Shown piece after piece: positions 19,054 through 29,069 of a DNA stretch of 64,000 nucleotides. The notes beneath the pieces are model-generated. The model worked only from the letters and a program-made list of their open reading frames with translations, made no database searches and was not told the origin of the DNA. How positions within the stretch are numbered: position 1 is the first letter of the stretch; each line of letters starts with the position of its first letter. Source of the stretch: Thermoanaerobaculia bacterium (lineage in GTDB: Bacteria; Acidobacteriota; Thermoanaerobaculia; UBA5066; Gp7-AA6); NCBI GenBank assembly GCA_038239305.1, contig JBBSEW010000005.1, forward strand, positions 4,795 to 68,794, in the 5' to 3' direction. A program made the position numbers and the translations under genes.

Positions 19054-19414
19054 TCGGGCGCGCCGCCCGGGAAAGCTCGCGCATCGCGGCCGGATCTCCG
19101 AGCAGACGCTCGACCCGCGCCTCGAGCTCGGCGATCTTCTCCAGGCAGATCGCGTGCTGCTCCGGCCACGCCGGCCACACGATCGAACCGGTCGTGAAGA
19201 TCGCTTCTTCGAGCGACGGCTCTCCGTCGCGCCTCCCCAGCGTCCATTCCTCCCGCAGCATCGAGCGGCGCGCGTGACGCAGCGCCTCCAGCCCGTTCTC
19301 CCCCGCGTGGATCTGGAACCGCAGCACGATCAGGCCGCCCGGATCCGGAACGAGAGCGCTCGTACCGTCGGAGGCCGGCGAATCCGGAACGATCGCCAGA
19401 ATTTTGTTCGTCAT
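19037..19414 (-). CDS. hypothetical protein, tandem paralog A (~125 aa)
   Basis: AGGAG SD before ATG 19414; ~45% identical to the adjacent gene over LRFQ...LEALR.ARR.M.REE...EPS.E. Confidence 0.55.
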   Translation of the reverse strand: MTNKILAIVPDSPASDGTSALVPDPGGLIVLRFQIHAGENGLEALRHARRSMLREEWTLGRRDGEPSLEEAIFTTGSIVWPAWPEQHAICLEKIAELEARVERLLGDPAAMRELSRAARPIAPRA

Positions 19415-19554
19415 CACCCGGACTCCTGACTGCGAGCGCCATGCCCGGCTGCCGGGACGCCGCAAGTGACGGGCGCGAAAAGAGTTCGAGCGAAGGGGGA
19501 AAGGAAGGGGAAGGAGAGAGTGAGAAATCCGTCACTTTTCGTGACGGTAGAGGG

Positions 19555-19911
19555 TCAATGTCCGAGAGTCTGCATCGCGTCGCGGGCGCGATTCGCGCGT
19601 TCGACGAGCTCAGTCACTTTCTGCCGGCACCAGGCGACCTGGGAAGTCAGAACGAACCAGCGAATTTCGCTGCCGCTGAAATTCGGATCTTCCATGGACG
19701 GCTCGTCCCATTCGATTCCGCGCGTCCGTTCCTCGCGAATCATGGCGCGGCGCGCATAGCGAAGCGCCTCGAGGTCGCCGGGGATCGCCAGCTTCAGCTG
19801 GAATCGGAGGCTCATGCGCCGGGAAGGGTCGATCCGGAGAGCCGCCGCGTCGCGCTCCTCGATGCCCGGGGAGATGGGGTCGGAGACTTCGATGACTCGG
19901 ATGGGCTTCAT
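19555..19911 (-). CDS. hypothetical protein, tandem paralog B (118 aa)
   Basis: Homologous to 19037-19414; TATAAT hexamer 12-17 nt upstream of the ATG and no SD. Confidence 0.6.
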   Translation of the reverse strand: MKPIRVIEVSDPISPGIEERDAAALRIDPSRRMSLRFQLKLAIPGDLEALRYARRAMIREERTRGIEWDEPSMEDPNFSGSEIRWFVLTSQVAWCRQKVTELVERANRARDAMQTLGH

Positions 19912-20050
19912 GGTGCAGCGGCGAATTATAGTCCCAATCGAGCGCCTTCCAGCCTCCGCCCGTCCGCCGTATCGGACCGCCTCGAGGCTCCCGGCTGCCC
20001 TCCCGGGCCGGGCAATCCTCTAGAATCCGGCCATTGAGCGAAAGGACGAC

Positions 20051-21505
20051 ATGAACGAGAAGGTCCCCATCACGGTCGCAAACGGCGACGGAATCGGCCC
20101 GGAGATCATGGCGGCAACCCTCCAGATTCTGGAAGGCGCCGGGGCCCGGCTCGACATCGAAACCATCGAAATCGGCGAAAAAGTGTATCTGGCGGGCAAT
20201 TCGGCGGGCATCGCCGCGTCGGCATGGGAGTCGCTGCGGCGCACCCGCGTGTTTCTGAAAGCCCCCATCACCACCCCCCAGGGCGGCGGATTCAAGAGCC
20301 TGAACGTGACCGCCCGCAAGACCCTCGGACTGTACGCTAACGTACGGCCGTGCGTGGCGTACCACCCCTTCGTCGACACCCTCCACCCCGGGATGGACGT
20401 CGTGATCGTCCGGGAAAACGAAGAAGACCTCTACGCCGGAATCGAGTACCGCGTGACGGCGGACGTGACGCAGTGCCTGAAGATCATCACCCGGCGCGGG
20501 ACCGAGCGCATCGTCCGGTACGCCTTCGAGTACGCGACGCTTCACAAGCGCAAGCGCGTCACATGTTTCACCAAAGACAACATCATGAAGATCACCGACG
20601 GCCTGTTCCACAAGGTCTTCGACGAGATCGCGAAGGAATATCCCGCCCTCGAGAACGAGCACTGGATCGTCGACATCGGAGCGGCAAAGCTCGCGGACAC
20701 TCCCGAAGCCTTCGACGTGATCGTCATGCCGAACCTCTACGGCGACATCCTGTCCGACGTCGCGGCGCAGATCGCCGGCTCCGTCGGTCTCGCTGGCTCC
20801 GCCAACATCGGACCGCAGTGCGCGATGTTCGAAGCGATCCACGGTTCGGCGCCGCGGCGCGCCGGACAGAACCTCGCGAACCCTTCCGGCCTGCTCCTCG
20901 GCGCGGTGATGATGCTCGTGCACATCGGTCAGTCGGACGTCGCCGAACGCGTTCACAACGCCTGGCTCCGGACCCTCGAGGACGGCGTGCACACGTACGA
21001 CATCTACGCCGAGGGCGTGAGCAAGCAGAAAGTAGGAACCAGAGAATTCGCGGCGGCCGTCGTCGCACGGGTCGGTCAGGAGCCGGAGAAACTGAAACCG
21101 GCCCGCTACGCTCCTCGCACGGGTCCGGCAAAACCCCTGACGAATCCGCCCCCGCCGGTCGTCGGGCGCCGGGATGTCGTCGGCGTCGACGTCTTCATCA
21201 ACTGGCCGACCGGGACCGCCGACGAGCTGGGCAATCGGCTCCTCGCGATCCCGCCGACGGGTCTGACACCCACGATGATCACGAGCCGCGGCCTGAAGGT
21301 CTGGCCGGGCGGCATCCCGGAAGTCTTCACCTCCGACAACTACCGCTGCCGTTTCATGGCCGCGGAGGGCGCCGCATCGCTGACGCCGCAGGACATCATC
21401 GCCCTGCTGCAGCGCGTCACGGACGGGGGGCTCGAATTCGGAAAGATCGAAACGCTCGCGACCTATGACGGCGAAAAGGGGTTCTCGATGGGGCAGGGGG
21501 AGTAG
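20051..21505 (+). CDS. icd: isocitrate dehydrogenase (NAD(P)+), ~480-aa subtype with C-terminal extension
   Basis: IDH/IMDH family motifs (GDGIGPEIM, NLYGDILSD); AAAGGA SD before ATG 20051. Confidence 0.9.
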   Translation: MNEKVPITVANGDGIGPEIMAATLQILEGAGARLDIETIEIGEKVYLAGNSAGIAASAWESLRRTRVFLKAPITTPQGGGFKSLNVTARKTLGLYANVRPCVAYHPFVDTLHPGMDVVIVRENEEDLYAGIEYRVTADVTQCLKIITRRGTERIVRYAFEYATLHKRKRVTCFTKDNIMKITDGLFHKVFDEIAKEYPALENEHWIVDIGAAKLADTPEAFDVIVMPNLYGDILSDVAAQIAGSVGLAGSANIGPQCAMFEAIHGSAPRRAGQNLANPSGLLLGAVMMLVHIGQSDVAERVHNAWLRTLEDGVHTYDIYAEGVSKQKVGTREFAAAVVARVGQEPEKLKPARYAPRTGPAKPLTNPPPPVVGRRDVVGVDVFINWPTGTADELGNRLLAIPPTGLTPTMITSRGLKVWPGGIPEVFTSDNYRCRFMAAEGAASLTPQDIIALLQRVTDGGLEFGKIETLATYDGEKGFSMGQGE

Positions 21506-21904
21506 GCCGATAGCGAGCACCCTGCAGAATTTGCGGAAGATCCGCCCGCCGCCGGCGGCAGGCTCCAGCGAGACTTCAGCCACGGTTTGAGCCCGGGGCC
21601 GGCAGCCCTCCCGGAGGAGACCCTCGAAATCGGGGCACAAGGCAGAGGGGAATACGCTCCTCTGATACTGCCCCGATTTCGCGGAGGCGCGGCTGCCATT
21701 TCTCTTCTCAGGCATCCATAGCCGCGCCGTGTCGACGGAGCGGAGGGCGGACGGACCCGGGCGTCTCGGCGGGCGAAACGTTTCTGTTGCGTCGTGACGC
21801 CTCGCCTCTTCGCATTGTGTGAGGCGCTCTCTGCCGCCTCATTGCGAAGCGAATGCCGTGGCCGATCGCCGCGCCGGCGGCGGTGGGCGGATCTTGGCCG
21901 CCAG

Positions 21905-22603
21905 TCAGTTCAAGTCGAAGAGGAGCGCTTCGCTGCCGGGCTCTCCGGTCATCGCGAGCCGCTTTTCGCCGGTCACAGCGGCGCCGTCGCCCGTCTCGAG
22001 CGTCTGGCCCTCGAGCTCGACGCGACCTCGCGCGACCTGGACCCATGCGGAGCGGCCGGGATCGAGCGGGTGCGTGAGCGTTTCGCCGCCCTGCCAGAGA
22101 GCGTCATAGAGCCGGACGTCCTGGTGGATGGTCACGGAGCCGTCCCGTCCGTCGGAGGAGGCCAGGAGTTGGATCTGTCCGCGACGGCCCTCTTCCGGAA
22201 ATGCCTTCTGCTCGTAGCCGGGCACGAGGCCGGGACGTTCGGGGAGGACCCAGATCTGGAGAAAGTGAAGAGGGTGAACAGGCGACGGATTTCGCTCGCT
22301 GTGCCGGACGCCCGAACCGGCGCTCGTGCGCTGGAGCTCGCCCGGCCGGATGATCGAGCCGTTCCCCAGGCTGTCCTGGTGCTCGAGCTCTCCCTCCAGC
22401 ACCCACGACAGGATCTCCATGTCCCGGTGGGAGTGATTCGGAAATCCCATCCCGGGGCGAACGCGATCCTCGTTGATCACCCGCAGGTCCTGGAATCCCA
22501 TGAAGCGCTCATCGACGTAGTCGGCGAACGAGAACGTGTGCCGCGTATCGAGCCAGCCGTGGTCCGCGTGGCCGCGGTCGCTCGATTTCCGAATCGAAAT
22601 CAT
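21905..22603 (-). CDS. pirin family protein
   Basis: HPHRGFETV-like cupin motifs (GFPNHSHRDMEILSWVLEGELEHQDSLGN); GGAGGG SD before ATG at 22603. Confidence 0.9.
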   Translation of the reverse strand: MISIRKSSDRGHADHGWLDTRHTFSFADYVDERFMGFQDLRVINEDRVRPGMGFPNHSHRDMEILSWVLEGELEHQDSLGNGSIIRPGELQRTSAGSGVRHSERNPSPVHPLHFLQIWVLPERPGLVPGYEQKAFPEEGRRGQIQLLASSDGRDGSVTIHQDVRLYDALWQGGETLTHPLDPGRSAWVQVARGRVELEGQTLETGDGAAVTGEKRLAMTGEPGSEALLFDLN

Positions 22604-22636
22604 GCGCCCTCCGAGCGTTCGTTGCAGGAATAGCAA

Positions 22637-25443
22637 CTACGACGCCAGGACCCCTCCGGATTCACGGCTCGTTCCGGAGAGGTCGTCCGGAACGAGCCTT
22701 CGAGCGCGCGGGATCTCGACCGAGAAGACCGACCCCTTGCCCGGCTCGCTCTCGACCGCGAGGCGCCCGTCGAGCCCGTCGACGATCTGGCGCACGATCC
22801 AGAGGCCGAGGCCCAGGCCGCCGTAGTGGTGGCCGGACACGGCGCGTTCGAACCGCTCGAAGATCCGCGCCTGATTCTCGGGCTCGATCCCGATACCCTG
22901 GTCTTTCACTTCGAGCCGGACCTTCTCGGGATCGCCGGTCAGGGAGACTTCGATAGGCCGGCCGCTGCCATATTTCACGGCGTTGCTCAGCAGGTTCGTC
23001 ACGACCTGGTCGAGTCGCAGGCGGTCCCACTGGCCGATTTCGACCCCCGCAGCCCGAACCGTGAGCGCGCAACCGGAGCGTGCGAGGGTCTCCTCGAGGC
23101 GCGCCGAAACGTCTCGGACGACCGCCGCGAAATCGACCTCCTCGATGTGGAGGTCGAGGCGCCCCGCCGTGATCCGCGAGATGTCGAGCAGGTCGTCGAT
23201 CAGGTGGGTCAAGCGCTGGATCTGCCGCTCCGGCGCGACCATCCGCTCGGCGAGGCCGTTCGCGGCCGCGGTCTCTCCGACGTTCTGGATCCGGCGGAGG
23301 ATTCCCTGGACCTGGATCTGAAGAGTCGTGATCGGCGTCTTGAGCTCGTGGGACGCGATCGAAAGGAATTCGTCTCGGTCCCGGATCGCCTCCTGGGCCT
23401 CGCCGTAGAGCCGGGAGTTGTCGATTGCGAGGCTCGCGCGGTACGAAAGCGCTTCGGCCAGAGACAGGTCGTCCGGCTCGTAGCGCCGCTTCGATTCCGC
23501 GGAGAGAAACGTGATGGTGCCGAGAACGTCTCCCCGAACCTCGAGCGGCACGCACATGTAGGAACGGAGCCCGAGTTTTTCGAGCATCCCGACGTGCGCT
23601 TCGCTCCGGGCGAACGAGCGGATCATCTCGGCGGGAAGGTTCGTCGCGAGCTCCGGCTGTCCCGTTCGGATGACGTGCGAAGGCCCGAAGGGCTGGGAAG
23701 GCGACCAGGGAAACAGGCGCCCGATCGAGCGCGCGTCCGCCATCTTCTCCGGGTCGGAATGATGGAGGGCGATCGTTCCGAGCTTTCCGTATTCGTCGAC
23801 ATGTCGATGAGACACCAGTCCGCAACCTCCGGCACCGCCAGGCGCGCGACACTCCCGAGCGTGACCCGGAAATCGAGCGACGAGGCGAGCACCTCGCTCG
23901 CGCGGGCCAGAAATGATGACCGGCGCTCATGCCACTCCGCCGCCGCCCTTTCCTGCTGCACGAGCTCGAAGAGCCGGGCATTCTCCATCGCGATCCCCGC
24001 GCGGATCGCCAGGTCTTCGGCGAGGCGCAGATCTTCGGGAGTGAAGCGCCGGCCGGAGGCGGTGCTCGCGAAGGTGAGAATGCCGACCACCGACTCCGCG
24101 TCCCGCATGGGCACGGACATCGTCGAACGGATGCCCATTCCGCGCAGGAACTCGAGAGCCTCCGGAGACCGGGCGATCGTTTGCAGGAATTCGTCGTCCA
24201 CATCGGACAGGAGCTCTGGCACTCCCGTCTTCAGGACCTGGAACGGTCCCGCCGGCGCGTCCGGATCGAGGAACCGTTCCGTCTCGAACCGCCGGGCGAG
24301 TCCGGCGTCTTCCGAAGCGGCGTGCGTGACGGCAACCCGCCTCACGGGCTCATCCTCGCCGCCCGCCAGGTCGACGAAGCACCAATCGCAGAGCTCCGGG
24401 ACCGCGAGGCGCGCGATCGCCCGAAGGGTCTCGTGGGACTCGAGCGACGAAAAGAGAGCCTGGCTGGCCCGCGCCAGAAACGCGGACCGTTTTTCGGCGG
24501 CCTCCGCCTGGCTGCGCGCCGTGCGCTCCCGGGCCAGGAGGCCCGCACGCTCTGCCTCTCCGTCCTCCGCGGCACGTCTCGCGTTCCGCTCCCGCTCGAA
24601 GAGAAACGCAAGACGCCGCGTCACGCCCACGGAGAGAGCGAGAGTCGTGGCGAGAGCCGCACCGGCGATGGCGAGAAGGATTCCGAACTCGCGGCGGTTC
24701 GACGCTTGGATCTCGAGCCCGACCCGCATCAGCTTGCTCTCCTTGGCGCGGATGTAGTCCGTCATCGACCGCTCGAGCGCGACTCGGCGCGGCTCGACGT
24801 TCGCCCGGAAGTAGGCCTGGATCGGCTCGAATCGACCCTCGCGGCGCCGGCCTTCGATCGCCACGTCAGCCGCGCGCTGATGCGCCGCTTCGGCATCGCG
24901 GACTCGCAGCAGAAGCTTCTGCTCGGGCGGCGACGCGCGCCCTTCGAGCCGGGTGAGCGCCTGCCGCAGATCGACGCGCGCGGCGCCGAGCTCCACGAAA
25001 GCCTGTTCGTCGCCCGTGACCATGAGATTGCGGAGGGCCGTCGTCTTCCGATCGATGTCCGACTGAAAGCGGCCGAACTCGAGGATCTCCCGAGCCTCGT
25101 CGAGCGCCGCGCGATCCGTCAGTACGGCGGAACGCAGCGCCAGGGTCGCGGCGACGGCCAGCAGCAGGATGAGGGCGCTCGTGGCGGCGAACCCGATCCG
25201 CGCGTTGCGGCGGAAGGACTCCGGGATGGGGTCCTCCGCGCCGCCCGAACCGGACGGCGCGGGCGCGGAAACGGAGAGCACGCCGTCAATATGGCCCGGC
25301 GGGCCGGAACCGTCAATTCCCGCGGCGTCCGAAACCGCACCTCCCGCGTCCCGAACGCTAGCGGCTCCGTTCCTCGGCGCTCGCGTAGCCTTCCGGCTCG
25401 GCCAGGCCGCTGCCCCCGTTTCCGGCCGCGTCTCGGCCGCCAT
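22637..25443 (-). pseudogene. large sensor histidine kinase (TM-CHASE3-like-TM, GAF, GAF, HisKA, HATPase) interrupted by a single-nucleotide frameshift near 23812
   Basis: Two overlapping ORFs (25443->23623 and 23815->22637) split the second GAF domain (ADWCLIDM | VDEYGKLGT); the reading frame is restored by a 1-nt insertion within ATCGACATGTCGAC. Confidence 0.7.
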
Positions 25444-26518
25444 GGTAGTCCGACGCTCCCGGCCGGGCGATCTCCGACTGCGCCACGATCCGTCCGCGGG
25501 AAAGGCCCCGGAAATCCTCGAGGCTCTTCCAGCCGCGATCCGCGTGCCGTTCCAGGAACGCGTCCATGTCGTGGAGGAGGGCCTGGATGACGTGAGGTCC
25601 GACGGCCCGGTCGAGCATCGCCGCCGTACAGACCTGAACCGTGCCGCAACCCAGAAGAAAGTAGTTGAGCGCCTGGGCAAAAGTCGCGATGCCGCCGATC
25701 CCCGAGAAACTGCGCTCGGGAAGCGCCGCCGTCATCTGCGCCATCTTCGCGAGCGAGAGCGGCAGGATCGCAGGGCCGCCCAGCCCCCCTGTCGAGACGA
25801 GGCCGTCCACGTTCACCTCGAACTCGAGGGTTTCGGGATCGACGAGCGGAAGCGACGTGAATGTGTTGGACGAGGAGATCGCGTCCGCGCCGCCCCGGAA
25901 TGCCGCCTGTGCCTCGATCACGATGTCCGTCGTGGAGGGGGTCAGCTTCGCCCAGACGGGAATCCGCGCGACTTCGCGGACGACCTGCGCGACGACGGAC
26001 ACGAGCTCGCGGTCCTTCCCGATGTTCGATCCCATGTCCTGGCGGTCCATGTGCGGACAGGACAGGTTGAGCTCGAGCGCGTCGGCTCCTTCGTCCTGGC
26101 AGGTGCGCGCGAGCGTCTGCCAGTGCGCGAGCTCCGTGTCGCTGCCCGAGCCCGCCATGATCGACGCGACGAGAACTTTCGTCGGATGCGCCTTCTTGAT
26201 GCGCGCGATCCGGGGCGCCCACCAGTCGAGCGTCTTATCGGAAATGAGCTCCCAGTTCCACGAGGAATGAAGCGCCGTGCCGGGACGCTTCCGCATCGAG
26301 ATCGAGGGCGAATCGACGTCCGAGCGGAGGAACATCGTCTTCGGCCCGCGGACGTTGACGACCGGGTGCAGACCGATCGTTTTCGTCACGACGCCGCCCC
26401 AACCCGCGTCGAAAGCCCGCAGGATGTTCGACTCCGATTCCGTCGGCGGCGCCGACGAGAGCAGAAACGGGTTTTCGAACGGAATGCCGGTGAACGTGAC
26501 CCGTCGTTGCGCGGCCAT
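25358..26518 (-). CDS. dihydroorotate/dihydropyrimidine dehydrogenase-family flavoprotein (PreA/PydA-like catalytic subunit)
   Basis: DHOD-like TIM barrel with catalytic Cys (LNLSCPHM) and FMN-binding GGIATFAQALNYFLLG; GGGAGG SD before ATG at 26518. Confidence 0.8.
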   Translation of the reverse strand: MAAQRRVTFTGIPFENPFLLSSAPPTESESNILRAFDAGWGGVVTKTIGLHPVVNVRGPKTMFLRSDVDSPSISMRKRPGTALHSSWNWELISDKTLDWWAPRIARIKKAHPTKVLVASIMAGSGSDTELAHWQTLARTCQDEGADALELNLSCPHMDRQDMGSNIGKDRELVSVVAQVVREVARIPVWAKLTPSTTDIVIEAQAAFRGGADAISSSNTFTSLPLVDPETLEFEVNVDGLVSTGGLGGPAILPLSLAKMAQMTAALPERSFSGIGGIATFAQALNYFLLGCGTVQVCTAAMLDRAVGPHVIQALLHDMDAFLERHADRGWKSLEDFRGLSRGRIVAQSEIARPGASDYHGGRDAAGNGGSGLAEPEGYASAEERSR

Positions 26519-26668
26519 GGGCGCCTCCCTGCGTGGGGTGGAGTCCGGCAGTGGTGTCCGGAGTGGCATTCGATTGTACGCTCGGAGACTCTCTTTCCCC
26601 TTTCCGTCCTCTCCGTTCCGCCCTGCTCCGCCCGTTCCGATATTCTTCTCTCCCCAAGGAGGTCCGCG

Positions 26669-28168
26669 ATGGCCAGCACCGCCGTGTCCGAGGGCCGATC
26701 CCGGGAATCGGGCGCCGACATTCCGATCCTGCCCAACTTCATCGGCGGCCGGTGGGTCGCCTCCCGCGCGGAGGCCTTCCAGGACGTCACCAATCCCGCC
26801 CGGGGTCAGGTGATCGCCCGCACACCCCTTTCTCCCGCGTCGGAGGTCGATGACGCCGTCACAGCCGCCCGGGCCGCGTTCGCCTCGTGGCGGGACACGC
26901 CTCCGGTGACACGGATCCAGGTCCTCTTCCGATTCAAGGCGAAGCTCGAGGAGAGCTTCGAGGAGCTCGCGCGGATCGTGACGACGGAGCACGGCAAGAC
27001 CCTGGACGAGGCTCGCGGCAGCGTCCGGCGCGGGATCGAATGCGTCGAAGTGGCGTGTGGAGCGCCGTCGCTGTCGATGGGCTACGGGCTCGAGAACATC
27101 GCGACCGGCATCGACTGCCAGGTCATCCGTCAGCCCGTCGGCGTGTGCGCGGCGATCGCACCGTTCAATTTCCCCGCGATGGTGCCGCTCTGGTTCCTTC
27201 CGTTCGCGATCGCGACCGGCAATACGCTCGTCATGAAGCCGTCCGAGCAGGTGCCGCTGTCGCAGAAGCGCATGATCGAGATCCTCGAGTCCTGCGGCCT
27301 GCCGCCCGGCGTCGTGAATCTCGTCAACGGCGGACGCGAGGTCGTCGAAGCGATCTGCGATCATCCGGGTATTCAGGCGGTGTCCTTCGTGGGCTCGACG
27401 CCGGTTGCGCGGGCCGTGTATCGCCGCGCCACGCACGCCGGGAAACGCGTGCAGGCGCTCGGCGGCGCGAAGAATTTCGTCGTCGTGATGCCCGACGCGG
27501 ATTTTGACCGCGCGATCCCGGTGATCTCGGAGTCTTTCTACGGATGCGCGGGCGAGCGTTGCCTCGCCGGCAGTGTTCTCGTCCCCGTCGGATCGGCGCA
27601 CGGGGAAGCGCGAGACCGCCTCGAAGCCTCGGCGCGAGCGCTGCAGGTGGGCGACGGCGCCGAACCGGGCGTCGGCATGGGACCGGTCATCAGCGGCCGG
27701 CACCGCGATCGTGTCGTGGAGTACATCGGCAAGGGCGTCGCCGAGGGCGCGAAGCTCGTGCTGGACGGCCGCTCGACGAAGGTTGCCGGGCGCGAAAACG
27801 GATACTTCGTCGGTCCCACGATCTTCGACGGCGTGTCCTCCGGCATGACCATCGGTCGCGAGGAGATCTTCGGCCCCGTCGCGTCGATCACTCCCGTCCG
27901 CACTCTCGAAGAAGCGATCGCTGTCATGCAGGCCCACCCGAACGCGAACGCCACGTCGATCTTCACGTCGAGCGGAAAAGCGGCGCGCGAGTTCGCGCAT
28001 CACGCGACGGCCTCGATGGTCGGCGTCAACATCGGAGTGGCCTCCCCGATGGCTTACTTTCCGTTCGGCGGCGCGAAGGACAGCTTTTTCGGCGACCTGA
28101 AGGTGCATGGCCGCGACGCGTTCGAGTTCTATTCGGATAAGAAAGTGGTGATCTCGAGATGGTTCTGA
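26669..28168 (+). CDS. mmsA: CoA-acylating methylmalonate/malonate-semialdehyde dehydrogenase
   Basis: Aldehyde dehydrogenase fold with catalytic Cys (FYGCAGERCLA); MmsA-like; AAGGAGG SD 5 nt before the ATG. Confidence 0.85.
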   Translation: MASTAVSEGRSRESGADIPILPNFIGGRWVASRAEAFQDVTNPARGQVIARTPLSPASEVDDAVTAARAAFASWRDTPPVTRIQVLFRFKAKLEESFEELARIVTTEHGKTLDEARGSVRRGIECVEVACGAPSLSMGYGLENIATGIDCQVIRQPVGVCAAIAPFNFPAMVPLWFLPFAIATGNTLVMKPSEQVPLSQKRMIEILESCGLPPGVVNLVNGGREVVEAICDHPGIQAVSFVGSTPVARAVYRRATHAGKRVQALGGAKNFVVVMPDADFDRAIPVISESFYGCAGERCLAGSVLVPVGSAHGEARDRLEASARALQVGDGAEPGVGMGPVISGRHRDRVVEYIGKGVAEGAKLVLDGRSTKVAGRENGYFVGPTIFDGVSSGMTIGREEIFGPVASITPVRTLEEAIAVMQAHPNANATSIFTSSGKAAREFAHHATASMVGVNIGVASPMAYFPFGGAKDSFFGDLKVHGRDAFEFYSDKKVVISRWF

Positions 28169-28192
28169 TGCCCACGAGGCCGCGAGGAACCG

Positions 28193-29062
28193 ATGCCCCG
28201 TAAGGTCCTGGGCGGCCTGATCCAGTGCGCGAATCCGATTTCGGATCCGAAGGCCTCGATCGCCGAGATCTCCGAGGCGGCGATCGAAGCACACATTCCG
28301 TTCATCGAAGAAGCGGGCAAGCGCGGCGTCCAGATCCTGGGGCTCCAGGAGATCTTCAACGGACCGTATTTCTGCCCCTCACAGGACGCTCGCTGGTACG
28401 ACATGGCCGAGCCCGTGCCCGGGCCGACGACGGAACGCCTCGCTGCCTACGCGAAGAAATTCGCGATGGCGATGGTGATCCCGGTGTACGAGCGCGAGCA
28501 GGCCGGCGTGTACTACAACACCGCCGCCGTCTACGACGCGGACGGCAGCTACCTCGGTAAGTACCGGAAGAACCACATTCCGCACACGTCCGGTTTCTGG
28601 GAGAAGTATTTCTTCAAACCGGGCAACCTCGGCTATCCCGTCTTCTCGACGCGCTACGCGAAGGTGGGCGTGTACATCTGCTACGACCGTCACTTCCCGG
28701 AGGGGGCGAGGCTCCTCGGACTGAACGGCGCAGAGATCGTGTTCAATCCGTCCGCGACCGTGGCGGGCCTGTCGCAGTACCTGTGGAAGCTCGAGCAGCC
28801 CGCCCACGCGGTGGCCAACGGATACTTCATGGCGTGCAGCAACCGGGTCGGGACGGAGGCGCCGTGGAACATCGGGAAGTTCTACGGTTCCTCGTATTTT
28901 GTCGACCCGCGCGGAACCCTGCTCTCCGTCGGGTCGGAGGATCGGAGCGAACTCGTCACCGCCGAGATGGATCTGGACATGATCGAAGACGTCCGGCGCG
29001 TGTGGCAGTTCTACCGGGACCGGCGGCCCGAGACGTACGGCCCGATGGCCGAGCTCGACTGA
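28193..29062 (+). CDS. nitrilase-superfamily N-carbamoyl amidohydrolase (beta-ureidopropionase / N-carbamoyl-D-amino-acid hydrolase like)
   Basis: CN-hydrolase fold with catalytic-triad context (E...K...C in GVYICYDRHFPE...ACSNRVG). Confidence 0.8.
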   Translation: MPRKVLGGLIQCANPISDPKASIAEISEAAIEAHIPFIEEAGKRGVQILGLQEIFNGPYFCPSQDARWYDMAEPVPGPTTERLAAYAKKFAMAMVIPVYEREQAGVYYNTAAVYDADGSYLGKYRKNHIPHTSGFWEKYFFKPGNLGYPVFSTRYAKVGVYICYDRHFPEGARLLGLNGAEIVFNPSATVAGLSQYLWKLEQPAHAVANGYFMACSNRVGTEAPWNIGKFYGSSYFVDPRGTLLSVGSEDRSELVTAEMDLDMIEDVRRVWQFYRDRRPETYGPMAELD

Positions 29063-29069
29063 GCAAGAG

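Noticed and set aside
19610-21715. 701-aa minus-strand ORF
   Set aside because: Antisense shadow of icd. R/G-rich composition with no domains.
25169-26660. N-terminal 500 aa of the 999-aa plus ORF
   Set aside because: R-rich shadow of the minus-strand PreA-like gene. The real plus-strand gene (mmsA) starts at 26669 with a strong SD.
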